DNA of 42,409 nt from a virus, in UHGV virus genome UHGV-0357081, one strand, 5' to 3'. Shown in pieces: positions 34,615-42,409 of this stretch. The position numbers and the translations under genes are program-made. The stretch's first letter is position 1; each line of letters begins with the position of its first letter. The notes under the pieces are model-generated. The model worked only from the letters and a program-made list of their open reading frames with translations, had not been told where the DNA came from and made no database searches.

Positions 34615-35064
34615 TCACCATTCTTTAAAATCAAAGAGCTTTTCTTTGTATCCTGTTAGACTAGCAAGCTGTTCTTTGTTTAATCCTGGATTTTCAATGA
34701 TAATTTTATCTGATATTAATAGCTCAGCAGCAAATATATTGGCCTCTTTCTCAGGTTTAGCAAGATTAAATAAAGTACCACCAAAAAACATGCATTCACT
34801 TCCTTTATGTAATATTCCATGACCAACTTCGTGAGCTAAGACTATATCAATGTATTTTTTATCTGTTATTCTCGAATTAATACATATGCATGGTACTCCT
34901 TCATACTCGATGTAGTAACCTGAATATTTCCCCAAGTCATTCTTTTGTATAATCATGTCTAAATAGTCTGCAATTTCAAATGGATTTCTGGTATTGTATT
35001 TTTCGACCAGTTTCAAAACGGTATCTTTAATAATCTCCAAATTGCTACTCTCCAAAGCCATCAT
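34615..35064 (-). CDS. immA: ImmA/IrrE-family metallopeptidase
   Basis: HEXXH zinc motif in VLAHEVGHGILH; ~150 aa. Overlaps the upstream repressor gene, as in ImmR/ImmA pairs. Confidence 0.8.
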   Translation of the reverse strand: MMALESSNLEIIKDTVLKLVEKYNTRNPFEIADYLDMIIQKNDLGKYSGYYIEYEGVPCICINSRITDKKYIDIVLAHEVGHGILHKGSECMFFGGTLFNLAKPEKEANIFAAELLISDKIIIENPGLNKEQLASLTGYKEKLFDFKEW

Positions 35065-35467
35065 GCTTTTTTTTGATAATAGCTGCCCTGCAAAGTGATA
35101 ATAGCGAGTCTCTTAATAATTTGTCCTCATCTTCATCCCCTGAATAATCCTCTCCATTAAACCTCAGGACAACTGTTTCTTTGTTCCTTATGCGGTCCAT
35201 AATTTTGTCAACATCAGTAATAACATTAAGCTCTTCTGATTCAGAAAGAGTGGGCTTCTTTGCTTCTGGGGATTCCTCCTTCCCATTCATTAAGTAATCA
35301 ACAGTTACTCCAAAGAAATCAGCAAGTTTTTGCAATCTCTCCGGTGTAGGAGTGCTGTTTTTCCATTTAGAAACAGAACCATTAGAAAAACCCAGCTCCT
35401 TTTCTAGTTTTCCTTGCGAAAGCCCAGTGGATTTTCTTAAGCTTTCAATCCGCTCATATACGGTCAT
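35045..35467 (-). CDS. CI-like repressor (XRE-family HTH)
   Basis: Start at ATG 35467 (MTVYERIESLRKSTGLSQGKLEKELGFSNGSVSKW) with RBS AGAAAGGAGT. HTH_XRE N-terminus plus a C-terminal domain. Divergent from cro. Confidence 0.8.
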   Translation of the reverse strand: MTVYERIESLRKSTGLSQGKLEKELGFSNGSVSKWKNSTPTPERLQKLADFFGVTVDYLMNGKEESPEAKKPTLSESEELNVITDVDKIMDRIRNKETVVLRFNGEDYSGDEDEDKLLRDSLLSLCRAAIIKKKHDGFGE

Positions 35468-35487
35468 ATAACTCCTTTCTAATCCAC

Positions 35488-35560
35488 AGAAAAAATTCTG
35501 CAAAAAAAGCTTGACAATTAGAAAGAGTTCTGTATAATAGAGATATAGATACAGAAAACT
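35488..35560 (+). promoter_or_regulatory. lysogeny-switch region: P(cro) with extended -10 and CAGAA/TTCTG operator-like half-sites
   Basis: TTGACA at 35511-35516, 16-nt spacer, TG-TATAAT at 35531-35538. Palindrome CAGAAAAAATTCTG at 35488-35501 and TTCTG...CAGAA flanking the -10. Confidence 0.55.
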
Positions 35561-35686
35561 TTCGGTAAAACTTAACGGGTACAGATATTTTTCTAATAAA
35601 TTGTGTGGTAACTTTATATTAGAATACTTTCTATGTTTTGTCAAGAGTTTTGCTGAACATTTTCTAAAAGAAGAGAGGGTGATAAA

Positions 35687-35869
35687 TTGATTTATGACAA
35701 AATTAAAGAAATATGCGAAGAAAGAGGTTTGAGTGTTAGGTCAATTGAAATCGAAGCTGGATTAAAGAATGGAGCTATTAGCAAATGGAATGATTCAAGC
35801 CCAACTGTAAAAAGCCTTAAAGCGGTTGCGGATGTTTTAAAAGTCAAAGTGGACAAGCTTATTTCTTAG
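35687..35869 (+). CDS. cro: Cro-like HTH regulator (TTG start)
   Basis: 60 aa with LSVRSIEIEAGLKNGAISKW (XRE HTH). RBS AGAGAGGGTGA before TTG. Confidence 0.7.
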   Translation: MIYDKIKEICEERGLSVRSIEIEAGLKNGAISKWNDSSPTVKSLKAVADVLKVKVDKLIS

Positions 35870-35885
35870 AGTAGGAGGTGAGGTC

Positions 35886-36311
35886 ATGAAAGCTGCATGG
35901 AATATTAATGGAATTTTTAAAGCAGATGCCGAAAAAGTTTCGGATGAATTATCAGCAATTAAGTGTACACCATCCAATGTAGTAGAACATGCCAGGAATC
36001 CAAAAACAGAATTACATAAATGTTTTGAATGGAATGATTCTATAGCAGGGGAAAAATACAGAGAACATCAGGCACAACAAGTAATACGTAATCTTGTAAT
36101 CATTAAAGAAGAAACCGAAGAAAAAACACCCATAAGGTTATTTTACAATACCGGAGATAGGACAGGAGAATATAAGCCCGTACAACTGGTAATGAGGAAA
36201 GAAGATGAATATAAGAATTTGTTAAATAAAGCACAGGAAGAATTAAGGGCATTCAAAAAGAAATATAGCTATTTGACTGAGTTAGAAGAAATTCTTTCCT
36301 TAATTAGCTAA
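35886..36311 (+). CDS. hypothetical early protein
   Basis: RBS GGAGGTGAGGTC-ATG. 141 aa. Confidence 0.45.
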   Translation: MKAAWNINGIFKADAEKVSDELSAIKCTPSNVVEHARNPKTELHKCFEWNDSIAGEKYREHQAQQVIRNLVIIKEETEEKTPIRLFYNTGDRTGEYKPVQLVMRKEDEYKNLLNKAQEELRAFKKKYSYLTELEEILSLIS

Positions 36312-36325
36312 TAGTAATAATTGGC

Positions 36326-36585
36326 CTGCTGAATTGACAATATATTGTTTTGTCATCAGCAGCAAAAGAAAATACAGAACATTGCAGAATAAAACATAAG
36401 ATAACAATATATTGCCAATTCAGCAGACCAACAAGCATTATAATTTTTCTGACCGTATACATATTGGAATTAACCAATAAAAAATTAGAACGATGCAATA
36501 CAGCAAAATAAATAACATCTCAGAATATCAAATTACAATACAGAATATTAAATATTGGATTTAATTCCAATATTTATGCGGTCAG
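36326..36585. repeat. nested inverted-repeat element (two long dyads, CAGAAT/AATACAG motifs)
   Basis: IR1 has 24-bp arms at 36326-36349 and 36403-36426 with one mismatch and a 53-bp spacer. IR2 has 25-bp arms at 36449-36473 and 36561-36585 with two mismatches and an 87-bp spacer. AATACAG occurs three times and CAGAAT three times. Confidence 0.7.
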
Positions 36586-36599
36586 ATATAGGAGGAGAC

Positions 36600-37277
36600 A
36601 TGAACAAAAAGGAAGAAAGTATTATAACCTTAGAGCCTATTAAAAAGTGCAAAGTTAAGATAGCTTTAGTAGGAGATTCTGACTTGATTTTAAACAAGAA
36701 ATCAAGGTCATATGAAGAATTGGAAATATTTAAGCAATCACATCCGAAGGGAACAAAAATTCCTAAGGAGTTGCAGCAACCTTATAACCTTTTTGAGAAA
36801 TTAATCACTTCGATTACATGGGAAAATAAAATTCCGGTGTATGATGATTATTCCATGTACACAAAAGAAATGTGGGAAGAATTAATTTATTCAAACCGTC
36901 CGTGTATTTTATCAAAAGCATTTAAGGATTCTTTTATGGAAGCGTTTATTTCTTTAGGCTATAAAGAAGCCACAAGTAGGAATGGTACAGACTTTAAACG
37001 TTCTGTCAATATTTCCAATTGGAAGAATCCAGTGGATATTACATCAGCTACATTCAGTCAGCATTTGACTCCAAACACAGGAATCACAAAAACCAATGTT
37101 ATTGCTCAATATAATGTTTTTTCTGGATGGAAATGTGAAATTGAAATATCCCACATTGATTATATATTCGCAACAGATACAGTACTTGAAATTATAAACA
37201 ATGCTGGTGAGTTTATTGGAATAGGAACACGCAGAGCAGAGGGATTTGGCAGATATCATGTTGAATCAATAAATTAA
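36600..37277 (+). CDS. hypothetical protein with C-terminal Cas6/RAMP-type glycine-rich loop
   Basis: ATG 36600 after GGAGGAG. C-terminal GIGTRRAEGFG fits the GhGxxxxxGhG motif of Cas6/RAMP endoribonucleases and lies near the C-terminus as in Cas6. HPKGTK lies in the N-terminal third. Confidence 0.3.
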   Translation: MNKKEESIITLEPIKKCKVKIALVGDSDLILNKKSRSYEELEIFKQSHPKGTKIPKELQQPYNLFEKLITSITWENKIPVYDDYSMYTKEMWEELIYSNRPCILSKAFKDSFMEAFISLGYKEATSRNGTDFKRSVNISNWKNPVDITSATFSQHLTPNTGITKTNVIAQYNVFSGWKCEIEISHIDYIFATDTVLEIINNAGEFIGIGTRRAEGFGRYHVESIN

Positions 37278-37397
37278 ATGCCCCGGCGGTGCTACGAACA
37301 CCAACCGGAGCCGTAACCACATTACCACAATTAATGCGGATACAGGAATATTTTACCATTTTCTCCTGTATTACGCAAGCACAGGAGGAAAATATTT

Positions 37398-37676
37398 ATG
37401 AACATTGAAAACCAGAAGGACAAGCAAACATGGGAAGGGCTGGAACAGTATTTTGCTGTAGAGGTAATAGAGCAAGCCAAGAAAAGCAGTAACCGATGGT
37501 TTCATGCGTGGGTTATCACTTTTGTTATTGGATTAGCTGCATTTATAGGCACTAATGCTTATTGGATACACATATTCCAGTCTTATGATTATATAACCCA
37601 GGATGGCACCGGACTGAACAACATCAACACAGGAACACAAGGAGATTTAGAGAATGGGACAGAAAGCCAGGATTAA
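37398..37676 (+). CDS. small membrane protein
   Basis: One TM helix (WVITFVIGLAAFIGTNAYWIHIF). RBS AGGAGGAAAATATTT-ATG. Confidence 0.4.
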   Translation: MNIENQKDKQTWEGLEQYFAVEVIEQAKKSSNRWFHAWVITFVIGLAAFIGTNAYWIHIFQSYDYITQDGTGLNNINTGTQGDLENGTESQD

Positions 37677-37725
37677 GAAGAACGGCAAGAGCCGTGGGAT
37701 TAAGAGAAAGAGAAGGAGATAAACA

Positions 37726-37827
37726 ATGTACATTAATCCGTTTGTAGCAGGAGTCATTTGCACTATTTTAGGAGAGATGTTAGCTGTTATAGCAGTTGCG
37801 GTTTATCAATATTTAAAAAGGAGGAAG
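37726..37827 (+). CDS. tiny hydrophobic peptide (33 aa)
   Basis: MYINPFVAGVICTILGEMLAVIAVAVYQYLKRRK. RBS GAAGGAG upstream. Confidence 0.25.
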
Positions 37828-37836
37828 TAGGTAGTT

Positions 37837-37989
37837 ATGATGCAATGCGAAAAATGCGAATATGTATGCGACACACCGTTAGGAAGCTATTGTACATTAA
37901 CAAATGAGCCGCTGGAAACAACATCTTGTCACTACAATGATTTACCTGAATATGATGCGGCTGAAGTGATTATGTTTAGCAGAGATTAG
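37837..37989 (+). CDS. small Cys-rich protein (50 aa)
   Basis: CEKCEYVC....C......C pattern. RBS AAGGAGGAAGTAGGTAGTT-ATG. Confidence 0.3.
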   Translation: MMQCEKCEYVCDTPLGSYCTLTNEPLETTSCHYNDLPEYDAAEVIMFSRD

Positions 37990-38018
37990 TACGCAAAATT
38001 TAAGGTTTTGGAGGTTAT

Positions 38019-38192
38019 ATGAAAAAACAGAAGGTAGTAAGAACATATCCGAACAATTACACGAATCCGATGACTGCTCTTAGGGACGCCTTAGGCGAAG
38101 GCTGGATAGTAGTTATGTGTAACCAGACATATTTAGAAAATAATAGCACTTGTCTGGAATATATTCTGGAAAAGGATATTCCAGAGAATTAA
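38019..38192 (+). CDS. hypothetical small protein (57 aa)
   Basis: RBS GGAGGTTAT-ATG. Confidence 0.3.
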   Translation: MKKQKVVRTYPNNYTNPMTALRDALGEGWIVVMCNQTYLENNSTCLEYILEKDIPEN

Positions 38193-38216
38193 GATGTAGT
38201 AAAAGAAAGGAATCCT

Positions 38217-38411
38217 ATGAAAGAACAAAAATTATATGTGTGTGAATGTTGTGGAACACAATATAAAGAAAAATCAAAAGCATTAGATTGCGAGAAATCT
38301 CATGCAAAAAATCCAGCAATTAAAGATACAAGATACCATGCGCACTCAGCTTTTCCAGATAGGGTTGAAATAACGTTTGAGGGCGGAAAGCGTATTTGGT
38401 ATAAACGATAG
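38217..38411 (+). CDS. small zinc-ribbon-like protein
   Basis: CECCGT...C..H pattern. RBS AAGGAATCCT-ATG. Confidence 0.4.
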   Translation: MKEQKLYVCECCGTQYKEKSKALDCEKSHAKNPAIKDTRYHAHSAFPDRVEITFEGGKRIWYKR

Positions 38412-38463
38412 AAAACTGAGATAAGCAATATTAACATTTACCAAACCAGAAAGAAGGGTATCT

Positions 38464-38742
38464 ATGAGCGTAGAAGTAAGAGCGGCGGCAACTATACTGT
38501 CGCAAATAAGAGGGGCAAGAGGCATTACCATGGTGGCGATTGATGTAATCCAGGCAGAGGCAGCAGTAAAGGCATTGAAAAAGCAAATTGCCACAGCGCC
38601 AAGTAATGTAAAGAGTATTAAGTTCACAGGAAGTATCAGGGAGCAATTAAAAAACGGAATTTGCCCTTGTTGTAATAATTCAGTTGACACAGATGATGAT
38701 TATAAAGTCTGTTCTGAATGTGGGCAAAAGTTAGACTGGTAA
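38464..38742 (+). CDS. hypothetical protein with C-terminal zinc ribbon
   Basis: CPCC....12 aa....CSECG at the C-terminus. Confidence 0.45.
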   Translation: MSVEVRAAATILSQIRGARGITMVAIDVIQAEAAVKALKKQIATAPSNVKSIKFTGSIREQLKNGICPCCNNSVDTDDDYKVCSECGQKLDW

Positions 38743-38956
38743 AATTAGCATTTGAGAAATAAAAAAGAGCCTTGCGGCTCTGCCCGACGTTTTCGCTGGC
38801 CTGTGCACCGGCCTGGAACTTAATCCGAGGGTGAGGAATTGCAACCACACAAGGGTCTACTGACGGCTTTGCGTTCCCTGTTATTTAATATCATTATAAC
38901 AGATTTGTTTACAAAATCAATAAGAAAATTAGCGATATTGTGCAGAAAGGATAATC

Positions 38957-39121
38957 ATGAATGGATTAATTGGTATGTGGCTTATGTTTTCCGCAGTCAT
39001 CTTCGGATGCATTTGTCTATTCGGGATGGATTTTACATTCAAACAAAAGATTTGGGCGATGGTGCATTTTGAAATGTTTATAACTGCACTTTTAGCAGGA
39101 GCGTACTTTTTGAGTAAGTGA
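38957..39121 (+). CDS. small 2-TM membrane protein (54 aa)
   Basis: RBS AGAAAGGATAATC-ATG. Preferred over the overlapping 38839..39072 ORF, which has no RBS. Confidence 0.3.
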   Translation: MNGLIGMWLMFSAVIFGCICLFGMDFTFKQKIWAMVHFEMFITALLAGAYFLSK

Positions 39122-39162
39122 TGGGGAAACCGAATATTAGCATTTAGGAGGTACAAAGCAGA

Positions 39163-39351
39163 ATGAAAGCGTTTCAGTGCAGCCGGTGTGTGCAGTTACA
39201 GCAGGATGATTTATCAGATAAGGTTTTCTGCCCTTTTGCTCAGCCGGTGCCTAGATATCGTGATAAATCAGACAGGGAGTTGTGCTTGGCGGCATTTAAG
39301 TCGTTGCCGCCAGAACGACAATGGCATGAGCGATTCGGATGGGAAAATTAA
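39163..39351 (+). CDS. small Cys-containing protein
   Basis: RBS TAGGAGGTACAAAGCAGA-ATG. C..C ... C pattern. Confidence 0.35.
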   Translation: MKAFQCSRCVQLQQDDLSDKVFCPFAQPVPRYRDKSDRELCLAAFKSLPPERQWHERFGWEN

Positions 39352-39383
39352 CATTTCCGGGAGAATCGGAGGAAGGAAGCAAG

Positions 39384-39518
39384 ATGGCAGATATTAGGAT
39401 TGAACATGGGCATGGTATCATCTACGAATGCCCGGAGTGTGGGCATGATGTTGAACTGGGGCAGAATTATTGCCAGGATTGCGGAGAGCCGCTTGAGTGG
39501 AAAGAGGACTATGAGTAA
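39384..39518 (+). CDS. zinc-ribbon mini-protein (44 aa)
   Basis: CPECGH....11 aa....CQDCGE. RBS GGAGGAAGGAAGCAAG-ATG. Confidence 0.35.
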   Translation: MADIRIEHGHGIIYECPECGHDVELGQNYCQDCGEPLEWKEDYE

Positions 39519-39551
39519 CCAATAATAGGATTTGAGAAAGGACTGTAGCGA

Positions 39552-39794
39552 ATGGAAATTGAAAAGGCAATAGAAATTGTTAGCAGAAAAACAACAATCC
39601 CTAATGAGGGTGAAAGTTTTTCTGATATCGAAGAAGCATATAAAATCGCCATAGTATCTATGCAAAAGGATGTCTATAAGAGATGTGCGTATGATAAGGG
39701 ATTTTATCCATGCCCTAATTGCGGCACATCAACTACGGAAGATTGTGCGAATACAGGACGTTGCAGCACATGTGGACAGGCGATAATACACTAA
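39552..39794 (+). CDS. hypothetical protein with C-terminal zinc ribbon
   Basis: CPNCG...C....C..CG at the C-terminus. Confidence 0.45.
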   Translation: MEIEKAIEIVSRKTTIPNEGESFSDIEEAYKIAIVSMQKDVYKRCAYDKGFYPCPNCGTSTTEDCANTGRCSTCGQAIIH

Positions 39795-39819
39795 ACTGAG
39801 ATTTCCGGGGAGGAGAATA

Positions 39820-39912
39820 TGGAATTTTTAAGTGAACATTGGGTTCTTATTTATGGGATGTTTATGTATGGTATGGGACTGCTAACTGGCTCTATCAAAA
39901 AGAAACGTTAAT
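39820..39912 (+). CDS. tiny hydrophobic peptide (30 aa)
   Basis: GGGGAGGAGAAT-ATG. MEFLSEHWVLIYGMFMYGMGLLTGSIKKKR. Confidence 0.2.
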
Positions 39913-39936
39913 TAAAAAGTTAAGGAGGAAGTAGGA

Positions 39937-40164
39937 GTGAAAGCTAAGAAGCCGTCAGAATGGCAGAAGGACAATATTCGTATACTGATAGAAGAAGCCA
40001 AGATAAGAAACAACTTTGATGATAATGAGCTGGCCTTATATTTGGGGTTTTGTACAAGCTCGTTTAGAGAGCGTAAAGCCAACCCTGAAAAACTGACAAT
40101 AGAAAAATTACAGATACTTCTGCAATTGACCGGGAAGGAGATGAAATTTGTTGAAACAGCTTGA
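39937..40164 (+). CDS. hypothetical protein
   Basis: RBS AAGGAGGAAGTAGGA-GTG/ATG region. 75 aa. Confidence 0.45.
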   Translation: MKAKKPSEWQKDNIRILIEEAKIRNNFDDNELALYLGFCTSSFRERKANPEKLTIEKLQILLQLTGKEMKFVETA

Positions 40165-40441
40165 ATACATACCTGTTGGCAAAACACACTTAAGCCCACG
40201 GCAGAAAGACCGTATGATTATTCGTGGCTTAACCGCTGTGGTGATGGTCTTAAGCGGATTGTTGGTGATATGTCTGGCGGTGATATTATGAGCCGCCGCC
40301 GGAATGGAACCAACCGGGCCGGGGCAATGGTGAATGCCAGCCGGTACACCGGATATGGTAAGCCAATAAAAAAGGTCGTCAGCCTGGCAGGGATAAACGA
40401 CCGAATACAAAAAACAACTCAATCTGATTATATCAGAGATT

Positions 40442-40630
40442 ATGGAGGTTTGCAAGATGGAAGACAAGTATAAGATACTATATCACTATCTTTGGACGCG
40501 TTTTAGAAAAGAGACTGCACAAAAGGCCATAGATGCAGCTAGTACTGAGGTGAAAGAGCATTATGACCAAATATTAGAGGATATGGCTGTGATGGAGGCA
40601 GAAGTTATTTTGGAGGAATATTGTGAATAA
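40442..40630 (+). CDS. hypothetical protein
   Basis: RBS TGGAGGTTTGCAAG-ATG. Confidence 0.45.
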   Translation: MEVCKMEDKYKILYHYLWTRFRKETAQKAIDAASTEVKEHYDQILEDMAVMEAEVILEEYCE

Positions 40631-40811
40631 CAGTCAATGTGATTCTTGCGGATGTTTCCTTGACCCGGAACATTGGAAGGAATGTGACAAATGCCATAAG
40701 AGGGAACTTAAGCGAGTGAAAAATGTAGAAAGAATGCAGGAGTCTATCAAATCAGAGGGTCAGAATTACACTTTATATTCAGATGGAGGACAAGTAGATG
40801 AACTTATATGA
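40623..40811 (+). CDS. small Cys-rich protein
   Basis: CDSCGC....H..C..C. GTG start overlapping the upstream gene. Confidence 0.35.
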   Translation: MNNSQCDSCGCFLDPEHWKECDKCHKRELKRVKNVERMQESIKSEGQNYTLYSDGGQVDELI

Positions 40812-41259
40812 AATTGATACAGAAATATTGGGTTGCGTTGACATGGAAACAGGGGAAATCATAGACGATGGACGTCTGGACCGACTCCAGATGGAAAAGG
40901 AAAAGAAGATTGAGAATATAGCTTGCTGGTACAAAAATCTCAAAGCGGAGGAGGGTGCCATTGATTCTGAAATTAAAAATCTTAATGCAAGAAAAGTAGC
41001 CGCAGGTAATCAGGCCGAACGGCTTAAGGAATACTTATCTGGATATCTTGACGGTGAGAAGTTCAAAACGGCGAGAATTTCAATATCTTACCGTAAATCA
41101 GAATCGGTTGTGATTGAGGATACATCTAATATCCCTACAGAATACCTTGTTACCAAGGAGCCGGAACCGAGCAAAACCAAAATTAAAGAAGCCATAAAAG
41201 GAGGTCTTACAGTTCCAGGGGCGCATATTGAACAGAAACAGAATATACAGATTAAGTAG
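40798..41259 (+). CDS. Gp157-like phage protein
   Basis: 153 aa, N-terminal MNLYEIDTEI...DRL..L and helical coiled region, located just upstream of a single-strand annealing protein as in Siphovirus Gp157 modules. Confidence 0.5.
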   Translation: MNLYEIDTEILGCVDMETGEIIDDGRLDRLQMEKEKKIENIACWYKNLKAEEGAIDSEIKNLNARKVAAGNQAERLKEYLSGYLDGEKFKTARISISYRKSESVVIEDTSNIPTEYLVTKEPEPSKTKIKEAIKGGLTVPGAHIEQKQNIQIK

Positions 41260-41268
41260 GTGTTGTGT

Positions 41269-41943
41269 ATGGAAAATCTTGACTTATACCAAAAGGTCCG
41301 TTCTGTCCCAGATAGCGCCAAGAAAACCATTAAGGGAGGCCGTACAAGTGGTATGACCGATATCAACCCCATGTGGCGCATAAAAGTCCTTACTGAGCAG
41401 TTCGGGCCATGTGGGATAGGATGGTATTACATACCTACACGAAAGTGGTTAGAAACATCGGGCAATGAGATAGCAGCTTTTGTGGATATCGAATTATACA
41501 TAAAGGTTGACGGGGAGTGGTCTAAACCAATTCCCGGAAACGGCGGCAGCATGTTTGCATCAAAAGAGAAATCCGGCATATACGTTTCGGATGAATGCTA
41601 TAAAATGGCAACTACAGATGCTATATCGGTAGCGTGTAAGCAGCTTGGGATTGGCGCGGATGTTTATTGGGATTCAGATAGAACTAAATATAACAAGCAG
41701 AATAATCCAGATTTGATTAATGAATCTGATATCAATGAAATATTCCTGGAACTGAAACGGACAGGAATAGGGATTAAGAATGTGCTATCAAAGTATGGAC
41801 TGACTGATATCCATGATATGACTAATTCCCAGGCAAATGAAACAATTAAAAAACTGAAAGAGAATCCAAATAAAGAGTTAGTTATGCAGCCACCGAATGA
41901 TATGCAGGACAATGAACTACCATGGAATGACCCAAAGAGGTGA
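41269..41943 (+). CDS. Rad52/Sak-like single-strand annealing protein
   Basis: ...INPMWRIKVLTEQFGPCGIGWYYIP... (FG..GW core of the Rad52 N-terminal domain) and ...DAISVACKQLGIGADVYW. Confidence 0.55.
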   Translation: MENLDLYQKVRSVPDSAKKTIKGGRTSGMTDINPMWRIKVLTEQFGPCGIGWYYIPTRKWLETSGNEIAAFVDIELYIKVDGEWSKPIPGNGGSMFASKEKSGIYVSDECYKMATTDAISVACKQLGIGADVYWDSDRTKYNKQNNPDLINESDINEIFLELKRTGIGIKNVLSKYGLTDIHDMTNSQANETIKKLKENPNKELVMQPPNDMQDNELPWNDPKR

Positions 41944-41947
41944 TTAT

Positions 41948-42409
41948 ATGCATGAGTCAGCGAATATAACAGCATACAAGCTGGTTCCAGAGGGAACATA
42001 TTTGCAGATATTTATTCCTGGAAAGAATCTCACGGAACCGATTATTGAGAAGCACATGAATAGATGCAGCGTATGGCTTGACGATGGCAGACATATAAGC
42101 GCAGACCAGCGCCGAAAGATTTACGCCACAGTCAATGACATCTCCGCCTATTCTGGGAACGTGCCGGAGGTTGAGAAAGAATGGCTTAAGTATTTACATA
42201 TCAACCGGACCGGATGCGGATATTTTTCACTGTCTGATTGTTCTATGGATACTGCCAGGGAATTTATCAATACTATATTGGATTATGCGCTGGAACAGGG
42301 AATACCGTTGTTGGATTTCGCTCTTAACCGTACCGATGACATAGGGCATTACCTATATGCATGTTTAAAGCTACGGAAGTGTGCCATATGTGGCCGGGAT
42401 GGGGAGATA
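41948..42409 (+). CDS. N-terminal part of HNH-motif protein (open at window end; continues in frame at 1..168)
   Basis: RBS AGAGGTGATTAT-ATG. The ORF runs to the last base with a complete codon, ending ...KCAICGRDGEI. This is the C..C half of an HNH motif whose HH/N/H half is at the window start. Confidence 0.5.
   Translation, partial: MHESANITAYKLVPEGTYLQIFIPGKNLTEPIIEKHMNRCSVWLDDGRHISADQRRKIYATVNDISAYSGNVPEVEKEWLKYLHINRTGCGYFSLSDCSMDTAREFINTILDYALEQGIPLLDFALNRTDDIGHYLYACLKLRKCAICGRDGEI

Noticed and set aside
36304-36599. Possible CRISPR mini-array next to the Cas6-like gene.
   Set aside because: The repeats are inverted, not direct. There is no regular repeat-spacer periodicity, so this is not a CRISPR array.
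38839-39072. ORF 38839..39072 (MQPHKG...).
   Set aside because: There is no RBS and the composition is odd. The overlapping frame 38957..39121 has a good RBS and encodes a plausible 2-TM peptide.
1-42409. Diversity-generating retroelement or other reverse-transcriptase-based system targeting the fibre genes.
   Set aside because: No reverse-transcriptase-like ORF (YxDD motif) was seen anywhere in the window.

Overview
This window reads as a complete, circularly permuted genome of a temperate siphovirus-like phage of an AT-rich Firmicutes (Clostridia-like) host. The break point falls inside one gene: the CDS open at 41948..42409 continues in frame into 1..168, and together they form a canonical HNH motif. 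Modules in order are listed below.

- **Replication and early genes (169..7569):** DnaD-like replication protein, LexA-like winged-helix protein, Dam-type N6-adenine methyltransferase, many small Cys-rich or DUF proteins, a second XerC/D-like tyrosine recombinase, and a tandem-HTH regulator.
- **Packaging and head:** TerS, TerL, SPP1-like portal, and gp7/Mu-F-like head morphogenesis protein.
- **Cargo block (12172..17241):** inserted between head morphogenesis and scaffold. It holds a C39-like peptidase, a sigma-region-4-like HTH, Q/P- and G/M-rich proteins, a YjcZ-like Gly/Cys-rich membrane protein, a BclA-C-terminal-like protein, and a reverse-strand HNH/AP2 homing-endonuclease-like gene with its own promoter.
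- **Head, tail and lysis:** scaffold, major capsid, head-tail joining genes, major tail, chaperones, 818-aa tape measure, and tail tip/fibre genes including a paralogous pair. An inverted fibre-tip-like ORF sits here. An XkdX-like gene and an M15-peptidase/CW-binding endolysin follow.
- **Lysogeny:** attP-like region with arm-type repeats and a core-like dyad, integrase on the minus strand, a PH-domain membrane protein, ImmA, CI-like repressor, divergent promoters, and Cro.
- **Second early region:** a nested inverted-repeat element upstream of a protein carrying a Cas6/RAMP-type GhGxxxxxGhG loop; many zinc-ribbon and tiny hydrophobic peptides; Gp157; a Rad52/Sak-like annealing protein; the HNH gene.

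No CRISPR array, rRNA or convincing tRNA gene is visible. The most unusual loci are the Cas6-like gene with its hairpin-forming repeats, the candidate invertible tail-fibre tip paired with a second tyrosine recombinase, and the sporulation/exosporium-flavoured cargo block.
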